DNA of 64,000 nt from Octopus sinensis (GCF_006345805.1 NC_043007.1:42718001-42782000), one strand, 5' to 3'; counted from the first letter of the stretch, positions 13,000-27,003 are shown. Notes: generated by a model from the sequence alone, not told the origin. Program-made: numbers and translations.

Positions 13000-14410
13000 C
13001 TTTGGTATGGTTTCTATGACTGGATACCCTTCCTAACATTGACCACTTTACATTTGTACTGGGTGTTTTTTCATGCCACTGGTACTAGTAAGATTAGCAG
13101 GTAACTTGCAAAACAGGAAAAGATCAAGAAAAGAAAAAAGTCCCCCTCAACTAAGTGGGGGAAGCATTTAAGAGGGGGAGAGTGGCTTTATGCCATGTAT
13201 TTTAGGAGGTTGAAGTATGATAAAGGGACAAGCATATATGTCTTGAAATAAAGAAGATACACAGCTACTCCACATTATATACAGGTGGAGAAGAAGATAA
13301 GATGATAGTGAGTGTGTCACAATTAACTCTGAAGAAACAAGAGAGGATACAGACAGTGGATCAGGAAAGAGGAATGAAAGGTGCAGATTATTAGGGTGTA
13401 AGAGGAGGGTAACAGATGGTTAGAGATGAGGGTAGAGGTGAATATAATGAGTGATGAACGGGAGTGGAGGTGCATCTTGATGAGACCTATCAATATGGAG
13501 CTGTAAAGAGAGACAGAAGTGGCTAAGTAAGTAGGAGCAGTGGGAAGAGAGAGATGTAAAGGTACATAAGGGTGGCTATAGTGAGTGGACATGGTAGTAG
13601 ATATGAGAGAGCACTGAGAATGATAGCAGATATAAGAGGTTTGAAGATGATGCATGCCAGAAGAGAGGGGGGGATAAATGGAAGTAAGAAACAAGGTAGT
13701 CAGTGAAAATAATGTGGGAAGAGATAATAATAAGAAAGATGATTGGAAGCAGAGAGGAAGGCAGAAACAGGGAATATAAGGAATTGGGGGATGTAATATG
13801 TATCAAGGAAGATACAGTGTGAGAATGCTTGACTGAGAGAAATAGGGTCCAGCCTGTACAGACATAGACAAAATGTTTTTAGAACATCATATTTGCTGTG
13901 TTGGATGGGTTTTCTCAAGCAGAGCAAACTGTCAAATATCTTGGTCCTCTGTCATCCCCATGAGACTTAGCATCTTGAGATCAGCCTTCACTGTTTTGTC
14001 ATATCTTTCTGGGTCCCCTTCTCCCATAAGTTGCATCCAATTTAAACATCCAGTGCTTTTTTATACACCTGTTGTTATCTATACACATCACATGACAAAA
14101 CTAAGTCTTCTTGCTTGCACACTATATGTGATACACCGTCTGCCTAATGTTCCTCTCAATACATTTACACATGCACTCAAATATTGCACATCCAATAGGG
14201 CACATTAGCTTCATTCCTTCCTAATTTTTGCAAGCCCTCTACATTCAAGACCCACATCTCACCATCATGTAGCATTGCTGTTCATACATAACCATCATAC
14301 AATCTACCTTTCACTTAGAGTCAGTAACCTTTTGTTGCCAACAGAGATAATAGCTCTGAACTTACCCCATCCTGTTCTTATTCTAGCATCTATACTTTCA
14401 GAACATTCCT
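13000..14410 (-). mobile_element. RTE-clade LINE 3' fragment (end of RT plus long pyrimidine-rich 3' region)
   Basis: Degenerate LLATK..SL..KGRLYD..V.TAMLHDGE.W motif at about 14250-14350, paralogous to 15420-15540. Confidence 0.7.
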
Positions 14411-14437
14411 CTGCTATTGCTAATTAGATCACCTAGG

Positions 14438-15870
14438 CCATCATCATCATCATTTAACATCCGTTTTCCATGGTGGCATGGGTTGGATGGATTGACAGAA
14501 ATATGTATCTGAAGGACAGAAATAAGTATCTTACTGTAGATATATGGATACCCCAGTTGGAAAAGAAAGGAGAGGAAAGATAGGATAAGGAGAGAGATGA
14601 TGGTGAAAATGTGCAAAGACATGCCCCTGAATGACATTGGGGATGGTGAAAATAGGTGAAGTGATACAGAGATTTGCATAGAGTGAGTGAGCAGGATAGA
14701 AGTCACTGTAGCACATGATGGAGAGAAACCTAGGAGAGGCTCGAGGGCAGGAGTTGCAGTAGGTATGTGAGGGCATTGAGGTTGATAGCAGATAGGCAAG
14801 GTATTAACGATGGAGAACAGCACAGGGATAGAAGGCTGAGAAAGGAGATGATTAATGGAGACAGCAGGCAGAAGATAATAGGAAACGGAAGTGGTTTGAG
14901 GTGAAAAAGGAAAGTAACTGAGAAAGCCAAAGCATGTACTACATGCCTGTTCTAGTTTTAGGTGATTGAGAAGTGATTGGTGTCAGAGAGATGAAATGCA
15001 AGGGGGAAAAAGGTTGATGGGGCAGAGAGCATTACCAAGATGGTTTTAGGATATCGATTCTGCTTTGGTGGGTGGGTCTTCTTGAGTACAGCATGCTGCA
15101 CGATATCTTGATCCTTTATCACTTCCCTGAAAAGGCTCAGCATCTCAAGATCATCTTTCATGTCTTCCTGGGTTTGCCTCTTCCACAAGTTCCATCCACT
15201 TTAAGTGATCAGCACTTCTTTATGCAAATGTCCTCATCCATACACATCACATGACTAAACTCATGCAACCCCCTCTCTTATACACTGCATTTAATTTCCT
15301 TTATACCTAGCTTTTCTCTCAACACACTAGCACTCTGTTGTACATGTACACTGGAATTGTACATGCAGCAGAGCATACTAACTTCATTCCTCTCTAGTAT
15401 TCATATTTCAACTGCATTCAGGGCCCATGTCTCACAATCATGTAGCACTGCTGTTCATACACATGCATCATACAACCTTCCCTTCAATCAGAAAGAATGA
15501 TCTTTGGTTGCCAACAGAGGTAAAAGCTCTTTGAACTTACTCCATTCTATTCTTATTCTAGCAATTACACATTCAGTACATCCTCCTCCACTGATAATCA
15601 GGTTGCCTAGATAGCAGAAATTATCCACTATCTCAAGAGAGTCACTGAGGCATATAAGTAAAATCATTTTCCTGTGTGTCAGTAGACTTTATAGCTCTTG
15701 TGCACTTTCTACATGGAAACACTACATTCTCTGTTAACCGTCCTATTATTCCAATGCACCTCTTGTGTGTGTATTTGGTGCACCAAATGAAATTCCTGCC
15801 CACACCTTTCCTACATACTGAACAGGGCCATCTCCAGGGCATTTCAGAGAATCTATTTCCCATGTATCCT
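14438..15870 (-). mobile_element. RTE-clade LINE 3' fragment with (GAT)n tail
   Basis: WPCSVCRKGVGRNFIWCTKYTHKRC...FPCRKC (Cys-rich segment typical of RTE ORFs), C-terminal RT motifs and tail ...ggatgttaaatgatgatgatg ending near 14438. Confidence 0.85.
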
Positions 15871-16239
15871 TAGTGTCTTATTAGTCTTCCCGTGATTCTG
15901 AGCAGACCATTTACCTGAAGGGCATAGAGTCCTGTCTGTTTTCCTTTTTACTAGAAGGCTGGTCTTTGCAAAGCTAACTTTAAAACTCTGATTCCAAATT
16001 CCACACCTGGAATTTCTTTTCCAATTCTATTACAGATTTTGCTATGACAAGAGATCATCATCATATAGTAGCTCCCAGAGGTACCAATACATAAAATTCC
16101 TGAGGTATCAAGTTACTAGACCAAGTCATGAAAGTTATGGAAAGAATTATAGCCCAATTAATTAGGAAAATAATTAAGATGAGATACAGTTTAGTTCTGT
16201 GCTAGGAAAAAATACTTCTGACGCCCCCTTTCAAGTAAG

Positions 16240-16420
16240 ACAACTGCAGAAATATCTACCTAAAAGCAAGCCATTGTACTTGGCTTTTGCTGACCTGGAG
16301 AAAGCCTTCAACAGGGTCCCACACTCTATGATTTGGTGGTCTGAGAAAGCTAGGAGTAGATGAATGGTTTGTGAGAACCATACAAGCCATGCTCAGGAAT
16401 GCTGTCCAATAAGGTGAGTC
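16240..16420 (+). mobile_element. RTE LINE reverse-transcriptase fragment
   Basis: Translates KPLYLAFADLEKAFNRVP (DLEKAFD motif). Confidence 0.8.
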
Positions 16421-17924
16421 TCTCAGCACTGAATCCCTTTTTTCCAACCCAGGCAATTCAGGACTTACTTTTACTTAGATATCCAATGCCTCCTACATTT
16501 CTAAAACATTAAGGTGTGATATGAGATAGATTAGACTGCTATTTCCAACAGATTAGCAGCCAAATAGAGGCTGCCTTGTTGGCTTAAATTACAAAAACAG
16601 TTGATAAAACAGGCACAATGCAAGTTCCCAGCCTGATTCATTTCACTACAGCTCTCTAAAAATTTGTGACCTTTGAACAATTTAAAAAACATTAGAATAA
16701 CAGTCATCACTGGTCACTTGACATAAATGAACTACAGCATTAAGCATTGCACCTCTATGTCCAAATTCAAATTTCATTGTTGTTGACTTAGTCTTTTATT
16801 CTACTGGGAAATATATGTACAAGGATCAGTTCAACTGACTACACTCCACCTTTCAAATGCTTGGCCTTATACAAATGTAAGAAATCTCTGTTATTATTAT
16901 TATTATCATTTTAAGAGTAAATGATTGGCAGAGAACCAAAAACAAAATATCTATGAAACATTTAGTTACATCTCTCTATTTTAAGAGTTCAAGTGTCATT
17001 AAGTTAAATTTGTCTTTAATCACTTTGTAACTGATAAAATAAGTGCTAGTAAAATACTGGGGGTCAATCATCTAATTATACTCTCCCCAAAGTATATGGC
17101 CTTGTTCCAAAGTTACAATAAATATTAATTAAGTTTACAATCTCATTTGAAGTCATCCTCCTGGAGTAGATAAAATAAGTACCAATCAAGAATCCTTATC
17201 CATATAATGAATTAACCCCTCTGAAATGTGTGTTTTTGTACCTGTGTTAGAACAGTGTAGATGACTTAGACAGTAGAATAATATGCAAAATGCATTGCAC
17301 TATTTAGTTTTATCCTTCATGGTTCCAATTTTAAACGTTATTGTTCTTGACTTGGCCTTTAATTCTTCTAGAGTAATAAATTACGTACCAATAATAACTG
17401 AAAGAAACAAACTAAAGAAAAACCATCCCAGGAAACATTAGAGTAAATGAAGAGAGAAATGACAAATAAAAAGCAGTGCCCAGAAGGTGGAAATATGGGG
17501 CAACTTGTAAAACCATTAGGGAAAGATGGAATACAAAATTTTTAATCTGCACAAAATTAAGTAGGCAATTTAGAGAAATAAGATCTTCAAAAAAGATAAA
17601 GGAACTATTGCTTTATGAAAATCACAAACTATTACTTTGAAGTTAAGTAATGATCAAGTTATAAATGAAGAAATCATTCATAGATTAGAAGAATTCTATC
17701 AACAAGGATCAGTTCAATTGACTACACTCCACTTTTCAAATGCTTGGCCTTATACAAATTTAAAAGTTCATAAATACTGATGATGTAGTTGTAGTATCAG
17801 ATATATTAAGTGACAAAATTAGGAAAGATATGACACTAGATGAAGATAAAATACTTATTGGGTTCTTCAAAGAAGGAAGTCTCTTGAGTTTGTACATAGC
17901 CAGCAGCTGAAATAATCCTTTCTA

Positions 17925-18130
17925 CCATAGGCACAAGGCTTGAAATTTTAGCGGGGTGGACTAGTCGATTACATCAACCCCAGAGACTCACTGGTACTTA
18001 ATTTATCAACCCTAAAAGGATGAAAGGCAAAGTTGACTTCAACGGAATTTGAACTCAGAACATAGTGGCAGATGAAATACCGCTAAGCATTTCACTCAGC
18101 ATACTAACAATTCTGCCAGCTCACCACCTT
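17925..18130 (-). mobile_element. Second octopus SINE family (aaggcggcgagctggcagaa head)
   Basis: Shares ctggtacttaatttatc...aaaggatgaaaggcaaagt..gaactcagaac with copies at 12.1, 29.5, 29.8 and 46.3 kb. Confidence 0.75.
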
Positions 18131-18499
18131 CAGCTGCTGAAATAATGCCATCATCATACTTTTATCTAAGGTGACATTAAAGATCTTGAAAGCGACAAAT
18201 CAATCAGCCTATTACCTGACTTGTATAAACTACTCGGCAAAGTGTTCACAAATTACATGACTAATATCTTAAACTTCAATCAACCAAGCTTAGTTCAGAA
18301 ACATATTTTCAACAACTGATCACCAATAGATCATGAACCAAGCTTTTCAGGAAACATTAAGCTTACAAGTAGATTATTAAAACAATATACATTAGGTTAA
18401 GAGAACTTTATTTCCATGAGATTTAGCAGCAAAAGAATCAAGATAAATTTTATTGAAAGAGAAGATAAGCAGATATATCACCCAAATTATATACACACA

Positions 18500-18900
18500 C
18501 ACACACCGTCGTCATCTAACGTCCGTTTCCCATGCTGGCAATCCAGAGAGCTGCACCAGGCTCCAACAGTCTGTCTTGGTATGCTTTCTATGGCTGGATG
18601 CCCTTAGTTACACAAACCACTTTACAGAGTATACTGGGTGCTTTTTACGTGGAACCAGCACCCATGGGGTCACCAAACTACCTAACAAGACAAAGACTTC
18701 TTAGATGAGACAGGGAGTAGAACCAAGGGGAGTGGCTGTGTGCCAAGCGAGAGGTTAGAGTATAGAGGGACAGAGATAATTGTCTTACTATAAAGGAGAT
18801 ACATGGCGAACCAAGTAGGACAAGGAATAGAGAGAAATAGATGATGATGTATTGGGACCAGAGAGAGAGAATGTGTGTGAGGTGGGGAAGCACATGAACG
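18500..18900 (-). mobile_element. RTE-related 3' end fragment
   Basis: Contains taacgtccgtttcccatgctggca and ctggatgcccttag, the reverse complement of the RTE tail at 61628-61824. Confidence 0.65.
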
Positions 18901-19993
18901 TAAAGTACATGCCTGAAGCGAGTCGACCTCTATGCCAAAAGTGGGAAATCCTTCGCTAGCATCCCAATCTGAAATTATCTGCTGACGAAGTTCTCAACAA
19001 AACTATTATAAAAGAACAAATTTAAGCTGTACCAAATTAGTAATTTTTATATAAGTTAGATATCCATAAATTTGTAAAATTAAAAGTTCATTATTTTTCT
19101 TAATACAAATACATCCGGCAAAAGTACTGATACACAAGCAATTCGCTTCTGGTATTAAAATGATTCACCATCCCTCATCAATAAGATTGGTCGACCGGCA
19201 AGAAATACTAACCAAATCTTTCTCAGATCAGCTAACCATTTTCAACAACATATATTATCTTCATCCTGCGGTATTTTTTTCGGTTGGTAAGAAATGACTA
19301 AGCATTTGTCACAGATGAATTTGACCAAACACTGTCAGATATGACAAGTTTTATTACAAACTAATAAAGAGTTATAAAATATATTTATGGTATTTTGGTA
19401 ATCAAATTAACGAAATACAATTATAAACAAGGGAGAAAACTGTTTTTGTTTCTTAAATAATACAAATAACAATAATGATTTATTATATTAGCATAAGGCC
19501 ACAAGTTTGTAGAAAAATAGTAGTCCATTGATCGATCATTATACATATTTGGTGCTTTTGTATCGATCTTTAAAGGAATGAAAAGTCAAGTCGACCCCCA
19601 CCCCGTGGGATTTGACCCTACATCGTACAAGAACTAGCCTTAATACTGTATGACGTTTCGTTCGGTTCCTTTCTATTTGTTCAGCTCTAGGTTCTAATAA
19701 TTACCATTTTAAAGTTCGCAGAATAAACAAAAAATATCCTATTGAAAGCTGACAAACAAGGAAATGTAAGGGTGTGTGTGTATATATATATGTGTGTGTA
19801 CACACACAAGAGTGTGCTTAAACTGTTTACCAAGAAAATGCTTTAAATGTCAACGTATGTAAAAATGGTTTTACTCTTAAAGCAAAGTCGTGATTTCGAG
19901 GAGTTGAACTGAATAAAAGTGTATATGAAATAATTAAATAAGGAAACAGGGGCAAGAAAGAAAAACCAAAACAAAAATATTTGTATTACTCAC

Positions 19994-20400
19994 TTATATT
20001 CTTTCTTTCAGAAGCGATTTCATGACAATCGAGGAATTCTGATGTCATATCCGGTTAATAACCGGTGTAGTATTATTTATTGTATCTAAATATTTAAAAG
20101 ACCCGCATATCTAGCCGACCTATGCCGTCGGTAATTTGTTTGTTCTTTAACGTTGGTCTAAAAGCACAGGTGGGTTTCGGAAACATTCTGAGTTCACATG
20201 TTGCCGGGACCGGTCGGTTTTATTTTTCATCCATCTTTGATCGATAGTACAAAAAATATCAATAATATATAAAGGGAATTCGATCGACAATGCACCACTC
20301 CCCAAATATGAAACCTTGTGCAAAATCGATTCTCGTGGAGGTAATACTCTCAATAACACAGGAGTGGATATTCGACGATACTTTCTCGCTTGTTACCTCT
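19994..20400 (-). promoter_or_regulatory. CpG-rich region with a putative first coding exon (MTSEFLDCHEIASERKNI, 20048-19994)
   Basis: CpG cluster, ATG at 20048 and strong donor |gtgagt after 55 nt. Downstream exons not established. Confidence 0.35.
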
Positions 20401-21199
20401 TGCTTCTGAGCTCAATTTAACTCAACAATTAACTCTCTTGTTAAGCAGAGATCTATAAATTAAGTTTTTAATATTTCCTTTAGGTAATCTTGCTCGAAAC
20501 ACCTGTAATCAACTTTAGGTGCAAAATAAAAGTGACGTAATGTATTAAACAACTAATCTAAGAGAAATAAATTAACACATTACAAAAAAAATCTTAACAG
20601 CAGATCTTGGTCCAAAATATTGACGTTTAATCATCTGTTATCATTTGGTTTTTTATAGCTCTCAATGAGAAATCTATAACTTTTCTGTAGATATTACAGT
20701 ATTTGTTGATTGTAATAAAACAGCAACAATACGATTTAAATTTGAAAACAAAACAAAAATAGTAATGACTAACAGCTATTTCAATGTAGTATTATAGCTC
20801 TTGAGTTAGTAACTTTGGATGGATTTTTAGCGTCATGTGAACAGACGTAACATAGATTTATTAACCTTTAGCTCAATTTTGCTAAATGTTTCTTGCTTTC
20901 GTTTTGTTCTGAAGGTCAATGACATTTTAGTTACGAACGTAATAAGTAAGATTACACTCTTGTTCTCTTCAGAACTGTCATTACCACCTCGAAAACAAGC
21001 ACTTATTTTCGCTTACAGTGGAGAATAAGCTAGACTGCTTTCGGATTTCTACGTGTCTATGCTCAAATCTGACTTGAGTCATTTGTTCTTCATTTCTTTT
21101 CTTAATGGGAATAATTTTATTCGCATTCATGATTATGAGGATGGTGGTGATGTGTGTGTGTGTGTGTGAAAACATAAACATTATGAGAGAGACAATCTG

Positions 21200-21485
21200 A
21201 GAGCAATTCTCAGCTGCACAAAGACATAGAATTTAATTCAATTAAAACAGATGGGCACATTAGTATAATTTTACTTAAAATCTCCAAGAATTTAAAGAGA
21301 AAGACAAAGAACTTGCTACCTTCACTTCAGCTTAGAAGTTTGGTAGCTTCTAAGCTGAAGTGAAGGCAGCATGTTCTTTGTCTTTCTCTTTAACTTCTTG
21401 GAGATTTTAAGTAAAATTATACTAATGTGCCCATCTGTTTTAATTTAATTAAATTCTATGTCTTTGTGCAGCTGAGAATTGCTCT
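21200..21485. repeat. Long near-perfect inverted repeat (about 139-bp arms, 8-nt loop)
   Basis: agagcaattctcagctgcac...cttagaag | tttggtag | cttctaag...gtgcagctgagaattgctct. Confidence 0.95.
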
Positions 21486-24146
21486 GCATTTAGATTGATG
21501 TAATAGTTGCATTGTTCAATTAAATGGAGTTGCGTGAAACGATCGTACTGCATTATCTATGGATATCCTTGTTGCTTATTTTGATTACATATATATATGT
21601 ATGTATGTAAATATACATACATATATATACGGTTAAGTAATTGAGATTCAAGTGAATTCTAATGAATTCACATGAATATGGTCCTTAACTAGGATGCACC
21701 GGAAATCTATATGGTGTTAACCATACGACAAGTGGGGTGATTACAAATAGGAAATTTTTTCCTATTTGTTACATATATATATACATGCACTAAGGATTTG
21801 TTCAAAAATCAAACCATGACACTAAATTTTACTTATCTAAGTTCATGTTGTTATTGAGAATAGTTATCTGAACTTCTGGAAAAGCTAATTGTACTAGACT
21901 GGCATCCTATCTGAGAACAGTGTGGAGAGTATTATTTAATTAACAAAACAGGATTCTGGTTTAAATTCTAACCTAGATGATCAGTGTGATTTGTTATAGG
22001 ATTAAGTCATCTTATAATAATTCTGCCTGTCATTGCCTTACTTAGCCCATTGGTAATGCTTTCAAATGATTAGTGAAAGAGATGGAGAAAGAAAAAGAGA
22101 GGAAGAAGTGTCCATGATGTGAGGTAGAGGGAATTTAATTGTAACGCTTTCACATGATTAGTTAAAGGGAAAGGGAGAAGAAAGGAAAAGGAGAGAGAAA
22201 AAGAGGATAAGGTGAAGAGTGAGACTGAAAGAGGGCAAAAGAAAATGAGGGAGAGAGAAGCATTCATGACATGAGATATGGGGAACATAATATTTATTAT
22301 GTGGTTAAAAAAGTTAGTTGAAGGTAGAGGAGAAGAGTTAAAAATATAACAGTTGAAGGTAAAAGGAGAGTTAAAAATATAATCTTAGAAGAGAGGTGAT
22401 GTTCTGATGGTGAAGTTAAAGAAAAGCAAAGAGGGAGGAGAGGGGAGAAAGAGAGAGAGAGATGATGATGATGGTAGAGATGGTGGTGGTGCTGGTGATT
22501 GGATGGTGAAAAGTGTATTTTTTTAAATTGAACCAAATTTTTTTATATCACCTATCACTTAACACATTTGCACAAGTGCAATTCCATGAAATATTCATGT
22601 TTATTTACATGGCAGATATATGAAGTTTAACTAAAGGTTGTATCATATGTATGGGATTTTTTTTTTGTTTATGGGAAAACTGGAAAAATAAGAGTGAATA
22701 TTTATTTTATGAGTGCTGTGTTATTAAGTCTATAAAATTGTGCATAAATTATATAAAGTGCATTAAGTAATCGTTGTATTCCAATTCCTCTTACTTTGCA
22801 ATGAGAAGCAGATTAGTGATTATCTTTCCATACAGGCACAACACAGGCTACGCTTTCAAGTTTATTTGATAAAATTTTTAGAAATAACCCAATAGGTTTA
22901 CCATTAATTTCGTGAAATATTCACAGGTCGCACTAGTATTAAATAATTTAATATGAGTGTATTATAGAAGATTATAGCAATACATGATGAACATTCAGTA
23001 TAAAAAATAACAATAACAAAGACATAGAAATGTTAACTCAGAAATATTTAACTATATATTTGATATTTTGGGTTAAATTCTCCTTTTCAAAAGTGTTAAG
23101 GAACAAGAGAGAAATGCATCTGTTGGTGTGATATGCTAGTTCTGTTGTTTGTAATAGGATTAACTAATATTGAACAAATATGTGAATAATTAATATTTAT
23201 GTGTATTATAAAACTAGATGTATTTCTTTGTTCTTAAATGCTTTTTAAAAAAGAGAAGCTATACTTGAAATAGCAAATGTAATTAAATATTTCTGATGTG
23301 ATATTTCAATATCTTTGTTATTGTTATTATTGATACTTAATGTCCAACCTGCATTACTAAATAGCTTTGTACAGCACACCGATATTCCACCCATTCTACT
23401 ACACCTCATAAAAAGGAACCATAATTCTATTAATAAATTAATGTGAGAGTTCAAATTTTGCAGAGGTTAACTTTGACACTTATCTTTCAATAAAATAAAT
23501 CCCGGTTTTTAAATCTGAATAGGTTCATATGTTGGGAAATGAAAATTCTGAAGTTTCAAATCAAAACCTTCATCTGCCTGTCTGTCTGTCTGCCTGACGA
23601 CCTGTCTGTCTGTTGCGCTCTCTCTCTCTGAGAGGAAGGGTTTCACCTAAGATATAAGGATAATATTCTTGCCCTGATATATAATATTATTCAAATTTAG
23701 GATCTTACTCAGATAATTTTTGTCACAGCACGCCACTGAGGGAGCCTCCTTGTGATCAACAGATCTGCTTAAAATAGTAATGACATTTCTCTCAGATCAT
23801 ACTCTACCATCTTAAACAGTACACATCACATAATGTGGTTATATGGCCTTGACTCATGGGAAAAAGATAGGACGATCATGTCAAGTCTGTTTGATCAAGC
23901 TGACTGGGGCTAAACAATAAGTTTGTCTTTCTTTCTATCACTCCCTCTCCCTCTCTCTCTTAAGTTTATTAAAATAACTGCCTGCCTTGTACTGCAGTCG
24001 ATTTAATTAACTACTTCTTTTCTACAAAATATGCAATAAATATATAACCTTGTCCCTTACACTGTCTATTATTCTATTATACAACACTGTTACAAATGCA
24101 AATTAAAATCTCTCACCGTAATTTCATGTAAAAAAAAAAACTTTTG

Positions 24147-24373
24147 TTAACCCTTTCATTCCAAACCGGCTGAAACCGGCTCTAGCTCTGAGTACAAATG
24201 TCTTGTTTTCATAAGTTTTGAATTAAAATCTTCCACCAAACCTTAGTCACAATTTATGTACCTATCACTAGCTTAATGATAACTAAGTTATTTTATTAAA
24301 TTCTTTGTTATATTTAAAGTAATTGAAAGAAACACAGAGCATCTCAAAATAAATACAGTAATGAAAGGGTTAA
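24147..24373. mobile_element. piggyBac-like MITE
   Basis: TTAA-CCCTTTCATT ... AATGAAAGGG-TTAA: TTAA target duplication and CCC/GGG termini. Confidence 0.8.
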
Positions 24374-24680
24374 AGTATTTTTCAACTGCCAACCCAATAA
24401 TGACAAAATTATTCATCTTACTAAATATTTTCATATCCTAGATGATTTTCAAAAGTAACTGAAACACAAAAATATTAGAAAAACAAGTCCAGTTATAAGA
24501 AATTCAAAGAGCAGACGCCTGAATTGGAACTCTTCAGTAAAAAAAGCAAATATCTGTTCAATTAATAAAGCGTCCCTAGTCGCACTGCACGGTCATCTAG
24601 CAACAAGCTGCAACTTGTACACTGGAGAATATTCAAGAAATAAACAACGCTAAGTTTGCTATAACTTTCTCCCACTGGCA

Positions 24681-24854
24681 ATGGATAAACCTCAGATAAT
24701 TTGCCACGTACAGAAATCTCTCAATTATACGATATTTGATTGCAAATGGATTCCTTGTTCGGCAAAATTTGTTGTTCTTGGCAACCGTGCACGCGGTACG
24801 GGAATGCTTCAAACCTACGAAATATCTCATGGCGAACTCAATCTTGTTCACGAG
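24681..24854 (+). CDS. WDR92: WD repeat-containing protein 92 / dynein axonemal assembly factor 10, exon 1
   Basis: [41 protein letters not shown]... matches the WDR92 N-terminus; donor GAG|gtaact, phase 0. Confidence 0.97.
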
Positions 24855-27003
24855 GTAACTTGTGTTTGTTTGTATAGAGTGTGTGTGTGCGTGTGAAAAT
24901 TTGTGTGTACATATACAAGCAACAGATAACCTGTGAAATCTATGCACTTAACGATGGACACAAGCGGTCACACTTTTATATAAATACAGTCTACAATATG
25001 TATATTTTTATCAGCCCCTTCCCCCCACATATGTCTTCGATGTTTGAACTCAGAAAATTGGGAGCTGTTAACTTAAATAACCAACGCTCTCAAAATTCTG
25101 CCTCTTCTACGCATTATATGAGGCTGATAATTAAACTAGTATTTTATGTCACTTGCCAAACAAGTACGACTTAATGAATTGTTTTAATATTTTTTGAAAT
25201 TACGAACATCGTTAGTGATACTCGGAATTTCATGGACCCATTAATTGGTGTTCACACTAATTCGACTGAAAATGCTTTTAAATTAGTGGCGTACAAATAA
25301 CAACTTGAATTCATAGTGTCAGCTACACAAAAAAAATATATATAGTTGGATCAGCTTATGCTAGCATTATCTAATTGGTATCCCTTAAACTGAATATATA
25401 AAGAAAACTTTCAACTAAATAAAAATTCATCTCTATTTATAAATAATTTTTTGTCAATGTTTTCGTAGCTGACTTTCATTTTCTTCCTGCTTAATCGTTC
25501 ATTACTTCTTATTACCTCCTCCTAATGATGCATGCGTGTTCAATATGAAGGAAAGAGTAGGCTGTCCTTTCCAAAAAGGATAGTCGATAACCGAATCAGA
25601 AGTAGACTGATGCCTCTTCTAGAGAAAGAATTACTTAATGTCTTTCGGAACATTAAAGAAAATCTTTTTCCCAATTCACTGTATTAAACTGTCACACTAC
25701 ATTCTTCAGTGAATCGCTCTAAAACAATACAGTAGCTTAATGTTTCACTCCTATTTCCTCTATAAAAAAATTTCAACAATGGAGATAAGGTATTATTAAG
25801 AGGAAATTATTTGCTCTAGTCTCAGTGTCAAACTTGAGCTGGATACTAGTGCCACCTGAAGGTACAGGTACACTGGGCAGTTGCCCTGAAGTCCCATGGA
25901 TCTAGGGAGCTCATTGTTAACTTAGGTGTACTGTGGTTATGTATGTTGGGTCCCAGTGCATTATCCAAGGACCTGTAATATTAACACAGCTCTGCTTGAC
26001 ACTTCTGTTTAAACTTCTTGGAGCTTTTAAAGATATACCTTGTATAAATCAGTAGCAGTAGATTGTCAAAAAATTATTTGAACTTCAGATAAAATGCCCT
26101 CAGCTATTGGAATCAAGGTGCACTGACTGAGCCCATCTGTCACCAAGGCCAACCATAGCTGATTTCTTTCATAAAGAACAAGAGAGAAGACACGGGTATA
26201 GTATTGAGCTGGTACATAATTCGACAACCCTGAAAGTATGAAGAAGGCTAAGTTAAACTCAAGAGTGTAGAGAGCCACAATAAATAATACAAGGCATTCT
26301 ATCCAATGATATAATGACCTTCACTTCTAATGACTGCTTTAGTGTTTAGTTACAGTACTTTATCTTTTGAAAATCTTGATGTAGTTAAATTTGTCCTTCG
26401 TCTCTCCTATGTTGCTTAAATAAAGTATTTGATTTATATTCTATATAATGACTGCTTTAGTGTAGTTATGGCCCTTTACCTTTTGAATTCAAATTCAGAT
26501 GAGCTCAACTATTCCTTCATGTCAAGTTCGGAATTGATTTATATTTCTATGATGCATGCCAGTTGTGAATGGAAGTATAATAGACTAAAACTCTTGAGTG
26601 TTTGGTCAATGAACAAACCTGAATTAATTTTTGTTTCTTTCTTTGTTTTGTCAAAGCTTTTGTGGTTGAAGGAAGCAATGGAGATAGAAGCCATGATTCA
26701 GCAGGGTGCAGCACATCACTCTATTAAGTTTTTAGACTTGAGACCTGCTTTAACACAGAATGAACTTTATTAAGATACCCAAAGGCCAAGCAGTGTGCAG
26801 CAGATTAAGTTTATCACTCAAAATGTGATAAACTTTAAAATTCTATTTCAAAATTACAGGAAATATTCAACTTGTCATTAAACTTTTTTTAATTATTAAT
26901 CATACATCTTAAATTTTATGCTTGATTTACATAATAGAGTGTGTCTTTATTGTATTATCATAGTCTTCCCATCTACCATTAAAATATCAATTTCTGTTTT
27001 TAG

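Noticed and set aside
13323-15254. Several 66-141 aa minus-strand ORFs rich in S, L, H and I
   Set aside because: Low-complexity translations of the pyrimidine-rich RTE 3' regions.
18910-18970. Possible second exon for the 20048 start (WDASEGFPTFGIEVDSLQ)
   Set aside because: Needs a GC donor or weak GT and abuts an RTE fragment; no homology recognised.
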